Source: Actinomycetota bacterium
Lineage (GTDB): Bacteria > Actinomycetota > Thermoleophilia > Gaiellales > Gaiellaceae
Length of the DNA: 50,794 bases
Assembly (NCBI GenBank): GCA_046728735.1
Contig: JBKPFG010000122.1
Coordinates: 1 to 50,794, forward strand
Direction: 5' to 3'
Shown: one piece after another, positions 24,853 to 33,792 of the stretch
How positions within the stretch are numbered: the stretch's first letter is position 1
How the letters are laid out: each line of letters opens with the position of its first letter
Position numbers and translations under genes: made by a program
The notes under the pieces: generated by a model
What the model saw: the letters and a program-made list of their open reading frames with translations, nothing else
Databases searched by the model: none
Told to the model about the DNA's origin: nothing

Positions 24853-25719
24853 ATGAACAGCAGGTCTGAAGTCACGGCCGGCGAACGCCGTCTTCCGGAA
24901 CCTCCCGTGGTCGACGTCTCGCTTCCAGCTGCAGCCGACGGAAAGCCCCTCGATGCCCTCGAGGACTTTCGCGCCCGCTATCCGGAGCACCAGTTCGCGC
25001 CGGTCGTCGTCGTCATCCCTGCGTTCAACGAGGAGGAGTCGATCGGGCCGGTCCTGGATGCCATTCCGAGCGAGGCCTGTGGCCTCACCGTCGACACCCT
25101 CGTCGTCGACGACGGGAGCAGCGACGAGACCGCGAAGGTGTCCTCGGCGCACGGCGTCTACGTTGCGACACTGCGCGAGAACTCCGGACAAGGAAGCGCT
25201 CTGCGGGTTGGCTACGAGCTGGCCCGCGAGCACGACGCGGCGTACATCGTCACGCTCGACGCGGATGGGCAATGGGATCCTGAGGTCATCCCCCTCGTGC
25301 TCGAGCCGGTCATCTCGGGGGAGGCGGACTTCGTGCTCGGGTCGCGAGTGCTCGGCCGCGCCGAGACTGACGACTCGTTCCGTCAGGCGGGAGTGCGGGT
25401 GTTCGCCATGCTCGCCAGCCTGCTCACGGGCGTGCGCGTGACCGACACCTCGAGCGGCGTGCGCGCTCTGCGTGCGGAAGTCACCGCGACCGTGAGGCAG
25501 GAGGAGGCGCAGTACCAGGCCTCCGAGCTCCTCGTCGGCGCGATCCTCCAGGGGTACCGCATCGTCGAGCGCCCGGTGGTCATGCGCAAGCGCACCGCGG
25601 GCGAGAGCAAGAAGGGTCACAACGTGTTGTACGGCTTCCGCTACGCGCGCGTGATGCTCCGCACGTGGTGGAGAGAGCGCGGCGCCCGGGACCGCGCGGC
25701 CCGCCCGCCCGCGAATTAG
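24853..25719 (+). CDS. GT2 glycosyltransferase, DPM1/GtrB-like (putative polyprenyl-phosphate glycosyltransferase), soluble type
   Basis: ATG start. Blocks present are VVVIPAFNEEESIGPVL, VVDDGSSDET, TLDADGQ and VTDTSSGVRAL. It follows one of the few real intergenic gaps (93 nt), which carries an AT-rich TATACT. Confidence 0.85.
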   Translation: MNSRSEVTAGERRLPEPPVVDVSLPAAADGKPLDALEDFRARYPEHQFAPVVVVIPAFNEEESIGPVLDAIPSEACGLTVDTLVVDDGSSDETAKVSSAHGVYVATLRENSGQGSALRVGYELAREHDAAYIVTLDADGQWDPEVIPLVLEPVISGEADFVLGSRVLGRAETDDSFRQAGVRVFAMLASLLTGVRVTDTSSGVRALRAEVTATVRQEEAQYQASELLVGAILQGYRIVERPVVMRKRTAGESKKGHNVLYGFRYARVMLRTWWRERGARDRAARPPAN

Positions 25720-25781
25720 CTCCCTTCGCGGCGCCCCTTGTTCGCGATGAGGCCCCGGCGGCGAAGGTAGTCTCCGGAGCC

Positions 25782-27242
25782 GTGTCCGTGACGACGAGGC
25801 CCGACGCGCCCACCGCCGTCGACCACCCGAACGCGGGCCGGCGACGGGAAGCTCGCTTCTTGACCGCGGCTCTGGAGCTCCTGAGACGGCACTGGGCCAT
25901 CGCGGCCGTCCTCCTGGCCGGCCTCGTCGTCCGTGTGCTCGTCGTGCTCACCTACAACCCGTTCTTCTGGTTCACGGACACGCCCGGGTACCTGAAGGGG
26001 GCCGAGATCCTCAAGCCGAACGGCACGCGGCCGTGGGGCTACTCGGCTTTCCTCCTGGTTTTCCAGCATCTTGGACTCAGCCTGCGCGAGATCGTGGTCC
26101 TCCAGCACCTTCTCGTCCTCGGCCTCGGAGTGTTGCTCTACGCGTTCCTCGTCCATCGGGGAGTCGCTCGCTGGCTCGCGGCGCTGGCGATCGTTCCACT
26201 GGCGCTGTCGCCCCTGATCGTGAACATCGAGCACCACCTGCTCTCGGATCCTCTCTTCATCATCCTCTACGCGGGTGCAGCGGTCACGCTGGCCTGGTCG
26301 GACACGCGGCCGGGGACGTACATCTGTGCGCTCGGAGGGTTTCTGGCCGCCTCCGCCGCCATCACCCGCCAGGTGGCCCTCGTCATGGCGCTCCTGCTGG
26401 TGGCGTATCTCCTCGTGCGACGCGTCGGAGCCGTTCGAGTCGCCGCCTTCGTCGTCGCATTCGCGATCCCCGTCACCGCCTACCTCTTCTGGATGCACGA
26501 GACCTGGGGGGTCTGGTCGTTCTCGACCTGGCGGGGGAAGCATCTCTACGCGCGGGTGGCGCCCATCGCTCAATGCGACCGCCTGGGGACCCTCACCGCC
26601 CAGGAACGGCTGCTCTGCGACCCGCGTCCCCTCGACGAGCGGCCCGGGCCGGAGGGTTACCTCTGGGTCGGCGAGGACGCGCCGGCCCGTTCGCTCCCGG
26701 ACAAGGTCGATCTGGCCTTCGCCCGCAAGGTGATCCTCCACCAGCCGCTGGACTATCTCCGGATGATCGGGACGGACGCGAGCCAGCTCTTCTATCCGGG
26801 CCAGCGCCAACGTCGGGGGGAGCCGTGCGTCGCGTACTGGGCCTATCCGGACCCGCTGCCGCGCGGCTGCCGCACCGACGCAGTGGGCAAGAAGATCTGG
26901 GCGACCCATCCGTTCCGGACGAACGAGAGCCTGAGCCCGCTCCTGCGGAGGTACCAGCGCACCGACTATCCGGTCGGCCCCCTGTTTCTCTTCTGCCTGC
27001 TCGTCACGGCGGTCGCTCTTCTCTGGCGCATACAGGAACCGGGCTGGCGGCTTCGCCTCGATGCCGCGTTGTTCGCCGTCTACGGGTTCGGCGTGATCCT
27101 GGCGTCGATCGCGACGGCCAACTTCAGCTATCGCTACAGCGTCCCGCTCTATGCCACCCTCCCGATCGCCGCGGCCCTTGCGGTGACGCATCTCCTGTCC
27201 TTGCGCCGCCGGACGGCCGAGCCTCGGGGGGAGTCCGCGTGA
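25782..27242 (+). CDS. Polytopic membrane protein, GT-C-like; paralogue of 14687..16144
   Basis: It shares YNPFFWFTDTPGYL, LQHLLVLGLGVLLYAFLV, a Cys pair in IAQCDRLGTLTAQERLLCDP, and the C-terminal WRLRLDAALFA...FSYRYS with the 14687 gene. The start is GTG 25782 or GTG 25788 (GGAG 8 nt upstream). Confidence 0.7.
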   Translation: MSVTTRPDAPTAVDHPNAGRRREARFLTAALELLRRHWAIAAVLLAGLVVRVLVVLTYNPFFWFTDTPGYLKGAEILKPNGTRPWGYSAFLLVFQHLGLSLREIVVLQHLLVLGLGVLLYAFLVHRGVARWLAALAIVPLALSPLIVNIEHHLLSDPLFIILYAGAAVTLAWSDTRPGTYICALGGFLAASAAITRQVALVMALLLVAYLLVRRVGAVRVAAFVVAFAIPVTAYLFWMHETWGVWSFSTWRGKHLYARVAPIAQCDRLGTLTAQERLLCDPRPLDERPGPEGYLWVGEDAPARSLPDKVDLAFARKVILHQPLDYLRMIGTDASQLFYPGQRQRRGEPCVAYWAYPDPLPRGCRTDAVGKKIWATHPFRTNESLSPLLRRYQRTDYPVGPLFLFCLLVTAVALLWRIQEPGWRLRLDAALFAVYGFGVILASIATANFSYRYSVPLYATLPIAAALAVTHLLSLRRRTAEPRGESA

Positions 27243-28465
27243 GCCGGCTCGAGGTCACCGTTCTCCTCCCTTGCCTCGACGAAGCCGAGACGGTGGGAGC
27301 GTGCGTGGAGAAAGCGCTCGGGTCCCTTCGCGAGCTCGGGGTGGAGGGAGAGGTCCTGGTCTCGGACAACGGCAGCACCGACGGCTCCCAGGAGATCGCC
27401 CGCCGGAGCGGAGCCCGTGTCATCTCCGCGCCGGAGCGGGGCTACGGAGCAGCGCTGCTCGCGGGGATCGAAGACGCCCGCGGCCGCTATGTGATCATGG
27501 CCGATGCCGACGACAGCTACGACCTGGCGAGCCTCGGCCCCTTCGTGGGGGCGCTCAGAGAAGGCCACGACGTCGTGATGGGAAACCGGTTTCGGGGCGG
27601 GATCTCCGAGGGCGCGATGCCCTGGTTGCACAGGTATCTCGGCAATCCGGTGCTCTCATGGCTCGGCCGCAAGCTCTTCGGGCTGAAAGAGGTCGGAGAC
27701 TTCCACTGCGGCATTCGCGGCTTCGACCGCCGGCGGATTCTCGCACTCGACCTCTCGATGCCCGGCATGGAGTTCGCGAGCGAGCTGGTCGTGCGGGCGG
27801 CTCTCGCCGGGTACGACATCGCGGAGGTTCCGACGACCCTGCGTCCGGCCGGCAGAACCCGTCCTTCACACCTGCGAACGTGGCGCGACGGGTGGCGGCA
27901 TCTGCGCTTCCTGCTCGTCTTCGCGCCGGCGAAGACGCTGATCTATCCCGGGGCCGCCCTCGCGGCGATCGGCCTCGTGGGCTCGGTCCTGCTTGCCATC
28001 GGACCGAGGTCGATCGGCAGCCTCACGTTCGACATCAACGCACTCGCCTACGCGTGCATCGGCGTTCTCGTCGGCGTCCAGATGATGCTCCTCGGCGGCC
28101 TCGCGACCCTCTACGGGAGCGCACACGGAATGGCGCCCGGCCGCGGCCTCAAACCTCTCCTCGCCACACTCCGCTTCGAGACGGCCGCCCTCATCGGGCT
28201 CGTGGCCATCGTGGTCGGCCTGGGAGGGTCGGTGGCCGCCATCTTCAACTGGGGGTCCGTGGGCTTCGGCGAGCTCGATCCCCGCGGGACGATTCGAATC
28301 GTGCTGCCTTCGGCGACTCTCGTCGCGCTCGGTGCGCTCTGGATCTTCACGGGGCTCGCGGGGAGCCTCATCACTCTCGGCCGGCCGACGCGTCGTACTG
28401 CCCCGCCCGGTGCACGATCTTCGGCCGCCGAGGATCCAAGCGACGAGCTCGTAGAGCAGCGGTAA
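27239..28465 (+). CDS. GT2 glycosyltransferase with C-terminal transmembrane domain (GtrB/ArnC/CsbB-like polyprenyl-phosphate glycosyltransferase)
   Basis: GTG 27239 overlaps the upstream stop as GTGA. Blocks present are VTVLLPCLDEAETVGACV, VSDNGSTDGS and MADADDSYD. About 4 TM helices follow (LIYPGAALAAIGLVGSVLLAIG...). Confidence 0.85.
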   Translation: MSRLEVTVLLPCLDEAETVGACVEKALGSLRELGVEGEVLVSDNGSTDGSQEIARRSGARVISAPERGYGAALLAGIEDARGRYVIMADADDSYDLASLGPFVGALREGHDVVMGNRFRGGISEGAMPWLHRYLGNPVLSWLGRKLFGLKEVGDFHCGIRGFDRRRILALDLSMPGMEFASELVVRAALAGYDIAEVPTTLRPAGRTRPSHLRTWRDGWRHLRFLLVFAPAKTLIYPGAALAAIGLVGSVLLAIGPRSIGSLTFDINALAYACIGVLVGVQMMLLGGLATLYGSAHGMAPGRGLKPLLATLRFETAALIGLVAIVVGLGGSVAAIFNWGSVGFGELDPRGTIRIVLPSATLVALGALWIFTGLAGSLITLGRPTRRTAPPGARSSAAEDPSDELVEQR

Positions 28466-28476
28466 GAGGGGGAACC

Positions 28477-30456
28477 TTGGCTGCGAGTCGACTCCGTGTC
28501 GCGCTCGACGTTGCGAGCGACTGCGCCGTTCTCTGGTTCGCGGTGTGGACGCTCGCCGCGTATCTGGGGATGCTGACGGACGCTCGGGTCCCCCTGCTTG
28601 TCGCCCTCTGGCTGGGGGGTTCGATCCTCGCCACGGCGGCCCTCCTCGTCCGGCGCCGCCGGTCTGCCTCCGAGCGGAGCGAAACCGTGCCTCCGGCCGG
28701 CACACCTGGTGTCCTCGGCCGCTGGCTCCCGTGGCTCGCCGCCGTCGGTGTCGCCTCCGGATTGGCGGCCGGAGTTCTCGCCGCGGCCTCACCGCCCGTG
28801 AGATGGTCGATCGCCTCGCTTGCGACCCTCGTCGCGGTCGGCTGCCTGGTTGTGGCCGGACGGTTCCGCTCGCGGGCCGCGGATCCGCCGGAGGTCGAGC
28901 GGGACGGACGCAACGCCGACCTGCTGGCGTTCGGCGTCGCGCTCGGGTTCGCGGTGCTGTCGCTCGTGATCCGCAGGGGGAACCCCGACGACGTCTTCTA
29001 CGTCAATCGCGCGACCGCGGTAGCGCAGCTCGATCGAATCCCCGTTCTCGACGTCATCTTCACTCACGAGGAGGCTCCACGCGGCGGCGGGGCCGGGCTC
29101 CCCGTGGACAGCTATTCGGCCCTTCAAGGCGCCGTGGCGCACGTCGTCGGCGTCCAGGCCCCCTCGGTGGCGTACTACGTCTTTCCGCCGCTGTTCACCT
29201 TCCTGGCCATCTGGAGCCTCTGGCGGTTGCTGCGCGCCTGGGCGCCTCAGCGGGCACTCCTCTGCTTCGCGCTCGGCTCGGCCTTCTGGCTCTTCAGCGC
29301 GCAGGCGCAGTTGAGCTCCGGCAATTACTTCCTCACACGGATCCAGCAGGGGAAGGTCGCCTTCGTGGTCTGGCTCGTGCCGACGATCTACGTCTACCTG
29401 ACCAAATGGCTGGAGGGACGAGACCTCGTCACCGGCGCGCTCTTGATCGCTGCCGGGATCGGCGCGATCGGCATGACCGGGTCAGCGACCTTCGCGGCCC
29501 CGCTCGTCTTCCTCACGGCGTTGATCGCACTCGTCGCCTGCAAGGACTGGCGCGGGCTCCCCGCACCTCTCGTCGCCGGCGCAATCCCGCTGGTCATCGG
29601 GGCCGTCGTCCTCTCGCGATTCCCGCTCTCGAAGACGGTGGGAGTCGGTCCGATGCCCGGCAATTCGTGGTTCTACCACCAGCTCTTCGGCTTCGGCTTC
29701 GTCTGCGCCGTGGCCGGGACAGCCGTCTGGCTCGCCCCCTGGCTGGCGCGACCCGGACCGCCCGCGAGGCTCGCGAGCGGGATCGCCGTCGTCACCGCCC
29801 TGCTCCTGGCGCCGGGCGTCCTCAGCCTGCTGCACGACGTCTCCGGGCTCACTGAGACTCTCCGCCGAACGCTGTGGCTGATTCCGATCCCGACCGTCGT
29901 GGGACTGCTCGCCGCGGCGCCGATCCCTCGACGGTTCGGCCGTGTTGCCCCAGCGGCGGCGACGGCCGTCGTAGCTTGCCTGCTCATCGCATTCGGCCAT
30001 CCGCTGTGGCGCTCGAGCTCCGGCGTGGAGCTCTGGGACTTCCCTCCGGCGTGGAAGGTCAGCAAGTCGCGCATGTCTACCGCGCGTGCGCTCCTGGCCC
30101 GCTATGACGGGAGCGGGCCTATCCTCGCGCGCAAGGGAATCATGCAGATGATCGCCGTCGTGACCATTGAGCCGAAGGCGGTGAACGCACGGACCCTCTA
30201 CCTCATCCGCACCCGCGAGCCGCAGACGCTGACGACGGAGCGCCTCACGCTGACCGCGTTCGTGACGGGCCTGGAGCCCATGCCCGCGGACAGCGCCGTT
30301 CGAGAGGCGCTCGCAGATCTTCGGGTGGGACTCGTTTGCCTCGCGAAGACGCGTCCGGACCTCAGTGCGCGCTTCCAAGCGTTCGCTCCTTATCGCAAGA
30401 GCTTCTCGACGCATGGGCAGGTCTGCTACGTGCCCCGAGCGAGCGTGACGGGCTAG
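28477..30456 (+). CDS. Large polytopic membrane protein (about 659 aa) with a DDVFYVNRA loop motif; tandem paralogue A
   Basis: TTG 28477 lies 3 nt after an AGAGGGGGAA Shine-Dalgarno-like run. There are more than 12 hydrophobic segments plus a C-terminal soluble domain of about 140 aa. It is colinear with 30464..32449. I recognise no named family. Confidence 0.75.
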   Translation: MAASRLRVALDVASDCAVLWFAVWTLAAYLGMLTDARVPLLVALWLGGSILATAALLVRRRRSASERSETVPPAGTPGVLGRWLPWLAAVGVASGLAAGVLAAASPPVRWSIASLATLVAVGCLVVAGRFRSRAADPPEVERDGRNADLLAFGVALGFAVLSLVIRRGNPDDVFYVNRATAVAQLDRIPVLDVIFTHEEAPRGGGAGLPVDSYSALQGAVAHVVGVQAPSVAYYVFPPLFTFLAIWSLWRLLRAWAPQRALLCFALGSAFWLFSAQAQLSSGNYFLTRIQQGKVAFVVWLVPTIYVYLTKWLEGRDLVTGALLIAAGIGAIGMTGSATFAAPLVFLTALIALVACKDWRGLPAPLVAGAIPLVIGAVVLSRFPLSKTVGVGPMPGNSWFYHQLFGFGFVCAVAGTAVWLAPWLARPGPPARLASGIAVVTALLLAPGVLSLLHDVSGLTETLRRTLWLIPIPTVVGLLAAAPIPRRFGRVAPAAATAVVACLLIAFGHPLWRSSSGVELWDFPPAWKVSKSRMSTARALLARYDGSGPILARKGIMQMIAVVTIEPKAVNARTLYLIRTREPQTLTTERLTLTAFVTGLEPMPADSAVREALADLRVGLVCLAKTRPDLSARFQAFAPYRKSFSTHGQVCYVPRASVTG

Positions 30457-30463
30457 CTCGCTC

Positions 30464-32449
30464 GTGTCGGCCAGCCTGCTCCGGCGAACCCTCGACTTCG
30501 TAAGCGATTGGGCGGTGCTGGCCTTCGCGGCCTGGACGTTGATCGCCTACGTGGGAATGGCCACGCACGCCCGCGTGAGCCTCATGACGGTCGCCTTTCT
30601 CATCATCGTGCCGATCGTCGGTTGCTGCTTGTTCGCGCTCGGTCGCCGCGCCCCGGCGGCCACGGAAAAGGTCGAGCGCGAGGAGGCTCCCCGACCACGC
30701 CGTGCGCTGCCGCTCTGGGGGGTCGCCGGAGGCTTGACCTCCGCCGTGCTCACGGCGGCCGCGCCCGGCCTCCCTTGGCCGGTTCTGTGGCTTCCGGCTC
30801 TCGCAGGAGTCGGGCTGGCGGTCGCCGACGGTCGCTTGCGCCTCGCGGAGCAGGCCTGGACGGAGAGCGTCAGCGGCTGGGCGGCGGACCTCGTCGCGGC
30901 CGGCGGCGGCGTGGTCTTCTCGGTGATGTCGCTCTTCATCAACGACCAGAACGCGGACGACGTCTTCTATGTCAACCGAGCGACCGCGACCGCGCAGCTC
31001 AACCACATCCCGGTCCGCGACGTGATCTTCACCGATGAGCGCGCGTCCCGGCTCGGAGGCACGGGGCTGCCCGTCGAGGCTTACGCGGCGCTCGAGGGCG
31101 CCATCGGACGCCTGTTCGGCGTCCACGCCGCCTCGATCGCGTACTACGTCAGCCCTCCGGTGATGACGTTTCTCGCCACGTGGGCGCTCTGGCGACTCCT
31201 GCGGTCCTGGGCCCCCGCCCGGGCGCTCGTCTGCTTCGCCCTCGCCTGTGTCTTCCTCGTGTGGAGCGCTCAGGTCGACCTGAGCGCCGGCCACTTCTTC
31301 CTGACCCGCCTCTGGCAGGGGAAGGTCGTCTTCGTCGCCTGGCTGGTTCCCACGCTCTACGCCTATCTGACGCGCTGGTTGGGACGGCGGGAAGCGCTGA
31401 CGGGGGTCTTGCTCGTCGGGTCCGGTGTCTGCAGCATTGGTCTCACGAGCTCGGCGACGTTCGTCGTGCCCCTCATGGTCGCCGCTGCGGCCCTTCCCCT
31501 GCTCGCCGCGAGGCGCTGGCGCGGGTTCCCCGTGCTCGCGGCGACGGCCGGCGTTCCGTTCGTGATCGGCTTCGTCGCCACGCGGACGCATCCGCTGGGC
31601 GATCGGTTCCCAGGCGGGGTGCTGCCGACCGAGTGGTACTACCAGGCGATGTTCGGCGCCGGGGTCGTGAGTGTCATCGCCGCGGCAGCTCTCTGGTCGG
31701 CGCCCTGGCTCGCCCGTGCGGGCCCGGCGCGGGCGGTCACGACGGGGATCGCGATCATCGCGGTCGTCCTGCTGGCCCCGTACGTCTTCCGGGGGCTGAG
31801 CGAGGTCTCGGGGCTGACGGGGAGCCGCGCCCTGCGCAGAGCGCTCTGGGTGATCCCCTTCCCGCCGCTCGTGGGCCTGCTCGGGGCCGTTCCGGTGCTG
31901 ACGCTCGTCGAGCGTCTGAGACCCGTGCCGGCAAGGCTGCGCCCCGCGGCCGCTCTCGCACCGGCCCTGCTCGTCGCGGTGGCGCTCGTGGCCTTCGGGG
32001 CGCCGCTCTGGGCGGGAGACGCCCACTGGGAGTCGCGGCCCACCTGGAAGACGAATCAAGCCGCGTTGCGCACGGGGCGGGCGATCCTCGCCCGCTACGA
32101 CGGTGCGGGCCCTGTCCTCGCCGACCAACGAGTGATGAAGGCGATCGCGTTGCTCACGGTCGAGCCGAAGGCGGTCAACCCGCGCACCTGGTATGCGCTG
32201 CTGACGAAGGAGCCCCCCGAGCGGACGAAGGAGCGTCTTGCCCTGACCCGCCTCGTCATGGAGCCGGACGACCCGCCGCCCGCCGCGGAGGTTCGCGCCG
32301 CCCTCGCCGCTCTCCGAGTCGGGCTCGTCTGTGTCCCCGAGCAGCACACGAGCATCGTGGACACGGTGGAGCAGGCCGGCTACGAGGAGGTCTTTCGGGT
32401 CCGCAGGCAGGTGTGCCTCGCACGGACGGCGGGAGTACCTGCTTCGTAA
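30464..32449 (+). CDS. Large polytopic membrane protein (661 aa) with a DDVFYVNRA loop motif; tandem paralogue B
   Basis: GTG start 7 nt after the stop of paralogue A. It shares DDVFYVNRATA.AQL..IPV.DVIFT, FFLTR.QGKV.FV.WLVPT.Y.YLT.WL and ARYDG.GP.LA...M..IA..T.EPKAVN.RT.Y with paralogue A. Confidence 0.8.
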   Translation: MSASLLRRTLDFVSDWAVLAFAAWTLIAYVGMATHARVSLMTVAFLIIVPIVGCCLFALGRRAPAATEKVEREEAPRPRRALPLWGVAGGLTSAVLTAAAPGLPWPVLWLPALAGVGLAVADGRLRLAEQAWTESVSGWAADLVAAGGGVVFSVMSLFINDQNADDVFYVNRATATAQLNHIPVRDVIFTDERASRLGGTGLPVEAYAALEGAIGRLFGVHAASIAYYVSPPVMTFLATWALWRLLRSWAPARALVCFALACVFLVWSAQVDLSAGHFFLTRLWQGKVVFVAWLVPTLYAYLTRWLGRREALTGVLLVGSGVCSIGLTSSATFVVPLMVAAAALPLLAARRWRGFPVLAATAGVPFVIGFVATRTHPLGDRFPGGVLPTEWYYQAMFGAGVVSVIAAAALWSAPWLARAGPARAVTTGIAIIAVVLLAPYVFRGLSEVSGLTGSRALRRALWVIPFPPLVGLLGAVPVLTLVERLRPVPARLRPAAALAPALLVAVALVAFGAPLWAGDAHWESRPTWKTNQAALRTGRAILARYDGAGPVLADQRVMKAIALLTVEPKAVNPRTWYALLTKEPPERTKERLALTRLVMEPDDPPPAAEVRAALAALRVGLVCVPEQHTSIVDTVEQAGYEEVFRVRRQVCLARTAGVPAS

Positions 32450-32473
32450 CGGCTTTGGTACTATCGAACGCCT

Positions 32474-32497
32474 GCGCGCTAGCGCGCCATTTTTCTT
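32474..32497 (+). terminator. Candidate intrinsic terminator: GC hairpin within a 14-nt perfect palindrome, followed by a T-run
   Basis: GCGCGCTAGCGCGC (32474-32487) is self-complementary (5-bp GC stem, 4-nt loop). It is followed by cATTTTTCTT in an otherwise very GC-rich region, 25 nt after the stop of 30464..32449. The stem is short, so confidence is low. Confidence 0.3.
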
Positions 32498-32521
32498 GAC
32501 GACCGGAGCAGAGGGGTACGT

Positions 32522-33790
32522 GTGCGCGTTCTGATCTTGGGTGGAGACGGGTTCTGCGGGTGGCCGACGTCGCTGCATCTGTCGCAACGCGACCACGACG
32601 TTCTCATCGTCGACAACTTCGCTCGCCGCAACGCGGACACCGAGCTCGAGGCCTCCTCGCTCACCCCGATCGCGCCGCTCGGCATTCGCCTCCGCGCGTG
32701 GCAGGAGCTCACGGGCCGTGAGATCGGCTTCGAGCGCCTGAACGTCGCCGAGGACTACCACCAGCTCCTCGATCTCGTCGCCCGCTGGAAGCCGGATGCG
32801 GTCGTGCACTTCGCGGAGCAGCGCGCGGCGCCGTACTCGATGAAGAGTTCCTGGCACAAGCGCTACACGGTCGACAACAACGTCAACGCGACGCACAACC
32901 TGCTCGCCGCGCTCGCCGAGTCGGGCGTGGACGCGCACGTCGTGCACCTGGGCACGATGGGCGTCTACGGGTACGGCGCGGCGCCCGGCGTGAAGATTCC
33001 CGAGGGCTACCTGGGCGTGAAGATCGAGGCGGACGACGGCACCGACATCGAGCAGGAGATCCTCTTCCCTGCGAACCCGGGCAGCGTCTACCACATGACG
33101 AAGACGCTCGACCAGCTTCTCTTCGCCTACTACAACAAGAACGACGAGGTGCGGGTCACCGACCTCCACCAGGGGATCGTCTGGGGCACGCAGACCGAGG
33201 AGACCCGCCTCGACGAGCGTCTGATCAACCGCTTCGACTACGACGGAGACTACGGGACCGTCCTGAACCGCTTCCTCATGCAGGCGGCGATCGGCTACCC
33301 GCTCACCGTCCACGGCACGGGGCGGCAGACGCGGGCGTTCATCCACATCCAGGACAGCGTTCGCTGCATCCAGCTCGCCGTCGAGAACCCGCCGGCACAC
33401 GGCGAGCGGGTCCGGATCTTCAACCAGATGACCGAGACACATCGCCTGATCGATCTCGCCGAGCTCGTGTCCCGGCTCACCGGCGCGCAGATCGACTTCG
33501 TCGAGAATCCGCGCAACGAGGCGCCGGAGAACGATCTCTTCGTCGAGAACCGCCAGCTCCTCGACCTCGGGCTCGTGCCGATCACGCTAGAGGAGGGCCT
33601 TTTGAACGAGGTCGCCGAGATCGCGCAGACGTATGCGCATCGCTGTGACCGCGACAAGATCCCGGCCCGGTCTCTCTGGCGTCCCGTCCAGCGTGAGGGC
33701 GAGCGAGCGGGGCAGCCCGTCTACAGCGCGAACGGCGACTCTGGCGAGGACCAGGTCGTCATCGACGAGCGCTACCCGGTCTCCTCGTAG
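32522..33790 (+). CDS. sqdB: UDP-sulfoquinovose synthase (SQD1 / SqdB / Agl3 family SDR)
   Basis: GTG start 6 nt after AGAGGGG. SQD1-type blocks are present. These are MRVLILGGDGFCGWPT, LIVDNFARR, SLTPI, VVHFAEQRAAPYSM, VVHLGTMGVYGY, SVYHMTKTLD (YxxxK) and the long insertion typical of this family. Ordinary 4-epimerases lack them. Confidence 0.8.
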   Translation: MRVLILGGDGFCGWPTSLHLSQRDHDVLIVDNFARRNADTELEASSLTPIAPLGIRLRAWQELTGREIGFERLNVAEDYHQLLDLVARWKPDAVVHFAEQRAAPYSMKSSWHKRYTVDNNVNATHNLLAALAESGVDAHVVHLGTMGVYGYGAAPGVKIPEGYLGVKIEADDGTDIEQEILFPANPGSVYHMTKTLDQLLFAYYNKNDEVRVTDLHQGIVWGTQTEETRLDERLINRFDYDGDYGTVLNRFLMQAAIGYPLTVHGTGRQTRAFIHIQDSVRCIQLAVENPPAHGERVRIFNQMTETHRLIDLAELVSRLTGAQIDFVENPRNEAPENDLFVENRQLLDLGLVPITLEEGLLNEVAEIAQTYAHRCDRDKIPARSLWRPVQREGERAGQPVYSANGDSGEDQVVIDERYPVSS

Positions 33791-33792
33791 AC

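Noticed and set aside
28477-32449. The possibility that the two 660-aa membrane-protein genes are one gene split by a frameshift, or an assembly duplication.
   Set aside because: Each copy has its own complete N-terminus, DDVFYVNRA motif and C-terminal soluble domain, and the two align end to end. The DNA is clearly diverged apart from short motif-encoding stretches. This is a genuine old tandem duplication.
32474-32487. The 14-nt perfect palindrome GCGCGCTAGCGCGC, considered as a protein-binding operator.
   Set aside because: It occurs once only and lies directly after a stop codon and before a T-run. I therefore treat it as a weak terminator hairpin. An operator role cannot be excluded, but nothing else supports it.
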